From contig NMRA01000348.1 of the NCBI GenBank assembly GCA_002633005.1, forward strand, positions 297,065 through 361,064: a stretch of DNA of 64,000 nucleotides, written 5' to 3'. Of this stretch, positions 54,001 through 64,000 are shown in pieces; the stretch's first letter is position 1, and every line of letters begins with the position of its first letter. Position numbers and translations under genes: made by a program. Under the pieces are notes generated by a model. That model made no database searches. It saw only the letters and a program-made list of their open reading frames with translations, and had not been told where the DNA came from. The stretch is from Phoronis australis. Lineage: Eukaryota > Animalia > Phoronida.

Positions 54001-56300
54001 GGAAAATAAACACAAAATATTATATTTTACTTTGTCACCTTTATCTCGCTGCGTATTTACTAAGAATAAACTCAAACCTATTTATTTTTCTTTGTCATCT
54101 TTATCTAGCGGCATCAAACGTAAAGACAACGTGGAAAAAGAGGTGTAGCGTTTTGATATTTCATTTTATGCGAGCGTTGTCATCATGTCCATTTCAAGGT
54201 ATACATACCGTTTTTTATCTTGTCATACAAATTATAGTACAGTATTTAGAATGTTCCCCCAATTACGACGAGGAAGCACTCAGAGAGGCTTGGACCAACA
54301 TTTTATAATGTTGACGTAGTATTTGGTAATCTTAACGCAACAGCCGACACACGTTTACCGTCAACTACCCATTTCAGCATTCTTATCGACTGAAGATCTT
54401 ATGTCTCCCTACAACTGAGCGCCAGAGAAGCGACAGCTGAGTTTGAAACGGAAATCAGATTGATAATGTAAAACTCATCACCGGTATATTTACCCATGTT
54501 TTCAAACTTCTTCCACTTCTTTTGGAGGTTCTTGCAATGTCGTACGAAGAAACTAAGTACAAGTGTTCTCTATCCCTTGCTTCCAACGCAAATGTTCGAT
54601 TCCCATTAACGATTGTGAACAATGTCCAATGTGGGAACGATTTTTGAACAAACAATAAAACTGAATGCGATTGTTCGCTATTATGGCAACCCGACGTAAA
54701 CTTAAGCATCGAATTCCGATATGCGAAGTGAGCTCATTGATTTTCAAAACGATAACGGACAATAGATGTCTCATTCGGTAAGCACATTGTCACGGGATCC
54801 CCATGTCTCCAATGCGTGTCAACCAGAATATTTCAAAAAATGACGTCATGGGAAACCCAGCAGTACTACTGATCAATAATGTTTTTTTTTAAATATTCGT
54901 GTAACTTGAATCGTCTTGTATCAACCGATGGTGATGCACACAGACTCTATTCTGTGTTTGGTTTCCAAAGCGGCCGTCAACTAAATAGCGCATTAGTGGA
55001 AGTATGACCCAACGCAGATCCAATATCAGGACCAGAGGGTATATTTAAATCCACTAGGCATTAGCGCATTTAAGACGACTCGCCTCCCAGCATATTTTAA
55101 TGCTTAAAACATTACCGTTATGAGTCGGTCTCAATTTCATTCCTATTCCAAATAAAAATGGTTTCAGGCTTGAGAAAAAAATGACACCTTGCCTTTGCTC
55201 GAGACAATGCACTACACGGTGACTTGTCACGGAGTGTCGTTTTATTCACCGACTTCGGTCATACTTCTTTGGCAGTCTAACATCACTTCTCGTCTGAGTA
55301 AGGAACAAGCCGTGACCAAATGTATAGCGCTTAGCTGTCTTAATCTAAATTCTTCTCCCTCGACGCTACGTGTGTTTATTGTCGTTTTTTAACATACCTT
55401 CGTTAAACAGATGTAGCAGGTCGAAGCAGGAATGACCTGGTCGTTAATGGGTGACGCACGACTTCAAATTTTAAGATTTTTTTTACATGTAAAACGCAAA
55501 ATGCTACACTGTTCATTAGTGCTTTGGTAGCAAAATTTTTCTTTTAGTAAACTCTCTTAGTTAATGCAACTCAATCTACAATGTTGAACGACAGTTGTGA
55601 TTTTTATTGTGACCCTCCCGTCGTTTTCTCCTACATGTACATGTATATCAGTGTTGATCATCTCTATATTGACTTCCCTTTCTGTGCTGAGAAAGTTATT
55701 CCTCGCCTGGAACTTTTGCGCAGGAACACTTTAATGCGTCTTGCATTGAAGTAGATCAATAAACTGTAGTTTCACGTATTCTATTTATCAGCGAGATACA
55801 TGCATGACTAGATTAGATACGACGCCGCCTGTGATGTGCAGGTACCTATACATGAACCTCAGTGTTGTGTTTTGTCGGCATCGGTCAGTGCTCCCCACTT
55901 GTGCACGTACATGTACCTACAATCGTGTGTCACTGGCAGTGTTGGAAACAAACAATGTTTGCTTTTAATTAAATTTATTTTCACACGCAAAATTTGACAA
56001 CAAAAAGCATGATTTCATTGACCCTTTTATGAATAGACGAAAACAAATTAGTGCTAATCAAAAATAAGAGATATATTAGTTCTGAACTTGACATTGCTTG
56101 ATTGGATTCATACCCGGGTTAATGGTCACCGTTGGATCTGGGATATCGTGTGGAGAGGCAAACCTAAGCGAACATTGTATTTTGAATATTATTCCAAATT
56201 CAATGTTCGCGTAAAGCCTAAAGGCGAATTGGCAACGTGTTTTCAATATTTTGGATTTCTGCTGACGGCGTCTGCAAGGGAAGTGCCCATATCTGCCAAT

Positions 56301-56329
56301 GGGGGGGGGGGGGNNNNNNNNNNNNNNNN
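56301..56329. other. Poly-G run abutting a 16-N assembly gap
   Basis: G13 followed by N at 56314-56329. Confidence 0.95.
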
Positions 56330-58545
56330 TTCAATTTAAATTTACGGCAGACGGATACAAGAGCTATTCGTAAAAAGATCAAGAATGAACATATAGAAAA
56401 CAAAAAAATATCACAGTAGTTAAATATCAAGTTTTCACATACGGAGCAAGAATAGGTTAAGGCAAATACCGTTTATATTGCCGCGGAAAAACTTAGGGTA
56501 ATTTTTTTCGTTACCAAAGGTATTTACCTGGTAGCTGAAATTAAAATGATTGCCTGGAAACTTTCGGTACAGAAGTGAAGTAAAACGCATTTGTCTTATG
56601 CGTGACAGTTTGTAAAGCATGGCCGAAATTTGGAGCAAAACTACGCAAATGTCGCAGATTTCAAAGACAAGCTCTATTACATCTGTATGTGACAACCATT
56701 TTCGAAAGCCATTCTACAGGTTGGGGCAGCGCGGTAGATTTAAGTTTAATACTTCCAATTCAGTACTCTTGAATGTCTCCACAGTGCGCTACCGAAAGTC
56801 CACCAGGCTCTACTATGAAAAGAGACCAGCGAAATGCATTTATGCTACTCAAATTGAATATCGATTATAGGAATTTATACACGTACAACAGGTATATCCT
56901 TTCGCATTACTAAATTCAAGTACATATGCATGCATGACTTAACCTTTCATTGAAGACTATTTTTTAGAAAAATACGAGTGCATTCCCGAAACTGAATTTT
57001 GAAAATCTAAACCAGTGCATGAGAGAGTCCAAACAAATTCAGCCATTTGTGTAGACTAACTAAAATTTTGAAGTTTTAAGAGGAGCCTTAGCTCTTGTTG
57101 TGGAAACTGTTTGTCTAGATTGCGTGAAACTGTGAACCCCATTTCATTTGACGTGGGTGGTAGGTGTTCAAAACCATCAGTAATAGTAATAGTTAATTTT
57201 ACTTAAGGGGTTTTAGAATGTTACCCTAAGAAAATGTCAGTCAGCGCAACACTTAGCAAAATATATCACCTACACTGTAGGACAAAAAGCAGAGCGAAAT
57301 CAAAGAGCGTTAAGTCACCTGATTAAATTATAAATTCACAACGCATACATCGGTGGCAATGTAAACTAACTAGATCGGAGTCATTCTTAATAACGGGATA
57401 TACGTACATTTCGACATCACAGTATTTTAATGGTGTCTTTGCACTTTATTACCGATATTTTTCAAAAATATACTCGTTTTCAAAACAAACTGATCAGTGT
57501 CAAGATTTGACAGATATTCGGTGCACAACCTGCGACCAAACATGCGTTATTTTGGACAAGAGTCCGTTTCGATCCTGGTTAAAGAAAACTGCAAGGTTAC
57601 TTTGCACGATCAGTTGCGAGAAGGGGTTTATGTCACGTGACATGAAATGTACGCTATTGCATGCAAATTAATTTCATGAAAACGCAGTGACAGCCGCGTT
57701 CACTTCGGATTTGTATTGTGTATTGCAAAGGAATGATATAATATTGATGCCGGGTACGCAGCTGTGATTGAGTGGGCAAATAAGGATTAATTATTGAACA
57801 AAGGCAAACAACAAACGCGTCTGTTTATAACGACAACGGAACTTTCATGGCTACCGTCGCTAAAAGTTTCGACAACTGGTCGATGCAATCGAGTAGTTAG
57901 TTTACATTGCCGATCGATAATACAAAGACAATTCCATTGATCTGAATCCGGTTCCAATATCTTTACCATTATGATCATCGATCGAGAACAGCTAAGGTCA
58001 AACCCATACAGTCGTCGTAGTAGCGACAGCTAGCGGTGTTTTTGCAATAATGAATAGCGGTATAATTTTACAAAGAAAAACAAAAACAAATGGTCAGTCG
58101 AATGAACTTGTCATTTAGTAAACAGTCACTTAGCGATGGGTTTAATACCTACGACTGTCAAGGTGCATTTTTATATATGTTAAAAGTAATTTTCATAATA
58201 TAATTCTCGTCAGAGGTCGTTGCCCTCGATGTTCATTTAAATAGCTATAAATACAGTGATTAGGCCTCATAAGCCTATTAATTTCAAGTTAAAAAATGGG
58301 CGAGTGGCTTTGCTTAGTTTTCCAGTGTGTTTTCATGTTTGCACAGGCCCTCCTATCCAGGGGTAACCATCCTTTATTAAAACGGGAGCATTTTCAAATT
58401 TGAAAGAAGAAATATATCTAACAGACCGCGTGGCGTACGAGCAGGTCTATTTAATAAACCGTGTATCTCAAAGCTACTTCAAAACGCCACTCAACGGCTT
58501 CAGGATTTGAACAAGTGGTTTTCAATCGATTAAATTTTTCGTCAA

Positions 58546-61500
58546 TTACTGGCCGTTGTATGAAGGAGCTCCGTGACTCGTCAGCATTAGTCGGCCTGAA
58601 ACACAAAAGCACATAAATGATTTGAATCAATATGGCACATTTAATCAAGATTGTGAGAACTTTCATGTACCAGCCACTGGCACTGTTGAAATGTTCACTT
58701 CGCACTCTGGTCAACATTGTGTTACAGAACACAACGATACCAACTGTGTCCATTTAAACAAGACAAGTTGTAAACATTTGGAAGGATAGGTATGCCGCTT
58801 TTTTAGCCATGTAAAATACCATCCGTCTCTCGGGGACTTTTCAAAGGGTATTGCATTAACAGACATTGATTGAAAATGATGCGACTATCTGGCTCTCGAG
58901 AGACGTTATTCTGAACTTTGGTCAGTATACACGTACATGTACTGTCACACATTTACTTTGGACATGCGAGCGCAGATTTAATGAAAACGAAGATTGAAAC
59001 TTTTGTCAGTAAAAACACGCGAGATGAAGCAATTCAGAGGCAGGACGCAATAATCAAATAAATATCTTAATGTTAACGTGTAGTCACTGTGCATTCATAC
59101 TGAATGGGATATTTTGAAATAAATCTAGTTTTGTTTCTCGTAAAAATCATTGTCACAAAGACAGTTTCTGACAGGAGGTAACACGCCAAAAGCCAAAACA
59201 CGGTGGAGTGCGTTGCAAATCTTTTATGGATGGAGATTTTCTGCAAACGGGTTTCCCAGCATATTTTGGAAATTTGTAGACAGTCGCTCCGCGGAATATT
59301 TGAATTATCCCCGCAAAAAGACCACCGCCTCAAAATGTTGGTAGAACAAAGAAATTGCGTTAGTCTTAATCATTTAGACCCGACCTGGTCACTAGTGAAA
59401 GGTCGTCCAGTTTAAGACCATAACGTCCTCTCCCAACGTCAATGTAGCACGGAACCTGAACAATAGGCTAAATTACAGTATCTAGACTGTTCACCAGATC
59501 TTTTTGCGTTTTTTTTTTTTTAGCAAAAACTTTGAATTTATTTTTATGTCAAAGCCTTCCTTTAATGTAAGATTTCAAAAAACGACCAGTTAACTCCTCG
59601 TCACTTCGTCGATTTTTCTCCCAGAATGCACAGCACCCCTCCCTAATAAACATGCTTAGCACATTTTCCTGATATGGAAAATATTACCTTTGACCTTTGA
59701 CGTAAACAAAACAAGACTGACTTCTTTAAGCGCATGCGCGCATACAAAATGTATCATTAGGGGCGGAGAATTTGAAAACAGTGTCGAGACTCAATTAAAG
59801 CGTTTTATTTTTCTCCCTACTTCAAAAATAATGAATCCGACTATGCTTTCTAGAAACTCTAGCAATATTCAAAGTGAAGAACTCTCACGTTAGCATCCCG
59901 AACAATAAGACTAGCAAGAATCTGTTTAAAAAGTATTTTCAGGAGTTCGCGCTGTTCATGCCTCTTTAAGTGTTTGTACATTTAGACAGTGTGTTATTGA
60001 AAGTTGTGGTTTCAAGAGGAAAATTGTCCCGTCTTTCTGTGTGCTGGTAATACACATTATTTTCCCAGTGTAGTTGTCAAAGAAAAACACAAAAGTGAAC
60101 ATAAATGCTATGCTATCAAGTATTTGAGGACTCACCATGTCCACTACTAGACAATGACGTCTGCGAGCCTGGTCGGTTGGTACTGTCGACGTTGTCACTT
60201 TTGTTGGACTTGAAACCAACCGGTTTGGTGGAAATTTTGCTCGCTGGGCCACCAAGAGCTACTGGGTGAGCTGTAGTTGCTGGTGACCTCAGATTCACAC
60301 CAGTTGGCGTGACAGGCTTGTGCAAGTACAGGTCTCCATGTTTGCCAACGTTGTCATAAAGTAACGTCTCGTTGACGCTTGTGCAGCCAGCAGGGGAATT
60401 GCCTCGATCTGGAAATGTGCAGATCTACGTTAATATAACGGGTACAATATCTCCAAATAATACGGTAACAAACCCGTATTTCGGTAAAAATCTAACTTTC
60501 TGGGTTTTTTTTCAATAACCGCCGTAAACATGGTCTCTTCTTGTTCCTTACATGAACAAGAAGCAATTGACAAGATTTCGAAGAATTGACAGTACTTGTA
60601 TGTCTTTCTTTGAGACCACAATCGGTTCATGGCATGTAAGCCACACGCCGCGTCAAGCCTTTGAACTGTAGCTCATGGTGCCCAGCAATAACGAACTGCC
60701 GTGTCATAAGAGGCCAATACAGCACAACTAATTTAATTAAGAATGGTCTGAGACAAATTTCACGATAGGTGGCGGTCTGAGTCAAAAGTTGATTACGCGA
60801 TGATAGGCTGGTTAGTAGCCTCTAAATTGTTAGTGCATTCAGGTACATGTAGCAGGTCAACTGTGTTGAATACGATACAATTTTGTTTCCCATTTTGTTT
60901 GCAACCGAGCTCGATTAGGATACTTCAAGCTTCAGGCTGTGCACTAACCGGCCAAAGAAGTTAACTACATGCAAATGACACTAAAAGAACGTAATTGGAG
61001 CGACGAAACCAAGATAGCACCCACTGCCAGGGCAGCAGATGTAGACAAATTTCACATACGTGCGGGTGGTGTAACAGTGCGAGATCTCGAGGAGAACAAT
61101 TGAGCAGATGATCTGTCGTGCATTTCCTGGCTCGAGAGCAGCTGCGAAGTCCTGGGGCTGTCCGACACGCGCTTGTTCTGGCTCTTTTTCTTCACAACAA
61201 CAACGACGACGCAAATAATTACCAAGATTAACAGTCCACCCAGTGTGCCGCAGATGATGAGCACAATCGGTGTCTTTTCTAGAAAATGAAAAAAATAAAT
61301 AAATGTCAGTAGAATTTTGATGTTCCCCGACTCTGAAGTACCTAGATCATACTAGGATTTGCCCCCGACCGTACACAATAATTTTCTAGCCACGAACAGA
61401 GGGGCTATGTTACTCATGGGTAAACATTCCCTGACCGACGCATTAAAATGTAATTAGACACTGTCTTTCGCAAAATAGGCCGACTGCGTGAGTTGGCAAA

Positions 61501-62810
61501 GTAGTCAAAAACGGTTAATACAGAATGTGGTTTTGTTTTCCTTCAAATTTATTTAAACCTTCCAATTCCAGGACTGCATATTTCTGCCTAAATGAATCTG
61601 TCGGTAAAGTACATTGTATTTGAGATTTTATTAGAAAAAAAATGTGACTTTGAATACAGTGAATGTCGAGTTCATAGCCTCCTTTAGCAAATACAATTCA
61701 TTTTCTTTCACAACAGATACTCATCTTTTTGTAGCCTTTTTAATAGTTATTGGTGAAACCAAGAAATACACAAGACGGACCATCACTTAAAATATTCTTT
61801 GGCTGTAAAATCTGAAGTCACAACATTGTGCTAGACATCATGAAAATAAGCGTTTAAATTTTGGTATAACTGCCCCCCAAAGTAGATTTGTGTAGCATTT
61901 TTACTCCTATACATGCGACTGGATGTTCTTAGTAGACATGACAACATCGTTCTATCGTGCTCAGGACAAATTTCGAGGCAAACTTTTAACAGGAAGATTG
62001 GATTTCGGACAACTAACAAGAAAAAATGCGGTTTTAATAGGTCTACACTCCTTACCCGCTTTGCGGGTCGTAGCTCGGGTTGTAGTTGTTAAACCGTCGG
62101 TGGCAGTCATGGATCCGGGTATAGCTTTCAAAATGTTCCCATTGACATCGGACACGGTCAAGGTCCCGGACTCAATTGAGGAGCGCAGTTGCGCAACGGC
62201 GTCGCTGGTTTTCGTGTCGCTCGTGGTGGTAGGAGGTAGAAGGTCAAACGTCACCACGATACTTCCTGTAAAAGTTGAAAATTGTGTTGATTTAATTTAC
62301 ATGCATAGCGATGTAACCACAGTGGTATATTGCCAACAATTCACCTGATTCCATCCACCAAGCAACAATACAAAATGTCCTTAGTTAAAAAATCTGCTAA
62401 CTTCGAAGTCCCGTAAGGGTATTGTACATGTTCAGCGCCATTTCAGCCCAAGATGCATATGCTATTTGATATAGCATGTACACTGCCGTGCTTAGAATCC
62501 TATCAAATTGCACTTTAAGATAAGCCTGGCGATGTAAAATGCAGTTCCCAACCAGCACATAGACGCCCTGGGTAAAAAAGACAACGTGTACAATTACCTG
62601 GTTTAATGTCCAAGTTTGAAATCCTGCTCTGCTTCACTTTGAGTTTTGTTGCCAGCTGCGGCAGCAGATTGTTAACAAACGCCGTCTTGTTGTTGCCGAC
62701 GACACTTGTGTAGTTGGCTTCCAAACTGAAGCTGATGCGAACAACCGCCGCTGGGACGTTGGTCTTTGACGGTGTGGTGTCTGCGACCAAGTTGGTAGTC
62801 GTCTGGGCGT
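58546..62810 (-). CDS. 3' end of a tandem paralog (SEA-like module, TM helix, cytoplasmic tail); gene begins beyond the right edge
   Basis: Exons 62810-62598 (VRISFSLEANYTSVVGNNKTAFVNNLLPQLATKLKVKQSRISNLDIKP), 62265-62056 (GSIVVTFDLLPP...), 61278-61060 (TM IVLIICGTLGGLLILVIICVVVVVV-KKK), 60408-60136 and 58595-58546 (GRLMLTSHGAPSYNGQ*). All are phase-1 junctions homologous exon-by-exon to the large gene. Confidence 0.88.
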
Positions 62811-64000
62811 CTTCAAGTCATACAAAGATGAGGTTACAACTATGGCAAACACGGAATAAATGTAGCTTTTGAGTTTTACATGCAGGTTTGGATTTGAAGA
62901 TAGGCTGCCATTGAAAAGCCAATAACTAATTTAAAACTCTAAGGATCTACATGTAATTACAGTACTCCAAGATAGGCGGTTAGAAAATGTCCAAAGAACG
63001 TATATAACACTTGTGCCCGACTCGGCTCCCAATACGACGGTCCTGGATTGCAGAGCGACACTCAAATCACACTAGATTTCCAAACATCAATCCGGAAAGC
63101 CGTTATCACTGCTGTACAATGTATGGGCTGCAATTACGACGGAAGAAAGTTAATCAAACTTGACAAATATCCGTGGATGCGTGGTGTTAAGTTCGTTGCC
63201 GTCCCGACTGGACATACACGTAAATCAAAACAAGAAACAACGGAATGATTGAGCAAAACAAGTTTGTTGGGTAAATTTTTAACTGAACTGGGATTATCCG
63301 TTCTTAAGGATACTTTTCAATTCAGTCCGGTACTTTTAAACCGTTGAAATAGGAAACATTTCGACGGTTGCCGACATAACGAACATGTGTAAGTATATCG
63401 GACAACCGAAAACTACAGTAGGTCAATAGCAAGAACGCGCTTCAAAGTTGCCTCCGGTACAAAGGAGAGTTCTATGGCCGTGTAATCTGGGACGTCCATA
63501 TTGTACATGTAGATAAGGCTTCAAGAAATCTTACGACTTTGTACTCGACTGAAACGGCGTGAATGGTAAATTTTCGAGTCCGAGCCTTGGTCGAGTCTGA
63601 GCTGAGACTTTGGGCGATGAATCCAGATTAATACCGATAAGTCCATGAAACAGTTTTATGGCTACATGTATGTCTGCGCGATGGCGAAAACTGGGAAAAC
63701 CCCAAGGGGAACCAACTATAGGTGTCGTGAAATCTAAGTAAGGTTCTCGTTTCCAGTGTCACATTCGAGGCATGTTTTGTCCAAAGGTAACGTCGGACAT
63801 TCTAAGGACGAGTTTGGTGTGACATGGTACTTAGAACTCTTCCCGCATTGACTATTCACTTACCGCGTCCGTCGAAGAATTTCTCGTGGTCTCAGACGTT
63901 TAAATACTAATAAACTTAGATTTCATCTAAATTCATAACGCGCTGCAACAACGTACGCAGTTTAAAAGGAAAGGAGAAACCAACCATACGTATCGCAAAA

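Noticed and set aside
63860-63910. Candidate additional paralog exon with a GTAAGT donor
   Set aside because: The required phase hits a stop and only a weak acceptor is available; cannot be supported.
1-64000. Prokaryotic features (CRISPR arrays, operons), rRNA/tRNA genes, autonomous transposase or reverse transcriptase ORFs
   Set aside because: The sequence is spliced eukaryotic DNA; no repeat-spacer array, structural RNA signature or long TE ORF was seen.

Overview
Eukaryotic (AT-rich, intron-rich, most likely marine-invertebrate animal) genomic DNA; the ORF track is mostly exon fragments and noise. Three minus-strand spliced genes could be reconstructed by hand from GT-AG boundaries with consistent reading phase. 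(1) The first four coding exons of maspardin/SPG21 (4928 down to 1241, continuing off the left edge). (2) A 40-exon, ~2,800-aa single-pass membrane protein (50370 down to 12295) with the order: signal peptide, heavily N-glycosylated giant exon, WAP domain, cadherin-like repeats resembling bacterial adhesin repeats, ADAMTS-like/DxCGxCxG Cys-rich repeats, IPT/TIG-like Ig folds, polycystin REJ module, furin site, GAIN/GPS lacking the HL(T/S) triad, Thr-rich stalk, SEA-like module with GSIIV, one TM helix and a short tail. (3) The last five exons of a tandem paralog (62810 down to 58546) with matching exon structure. A ~2.05-kb near-identical duplication joined at a single N duplicates one exon of the large gene and is probably a haplotype assembly artefact. 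Introns hold several non-autonomous TIR elements, palindromes and microsatellites. Domain calls are motif recognition by eye; no database searches were run.
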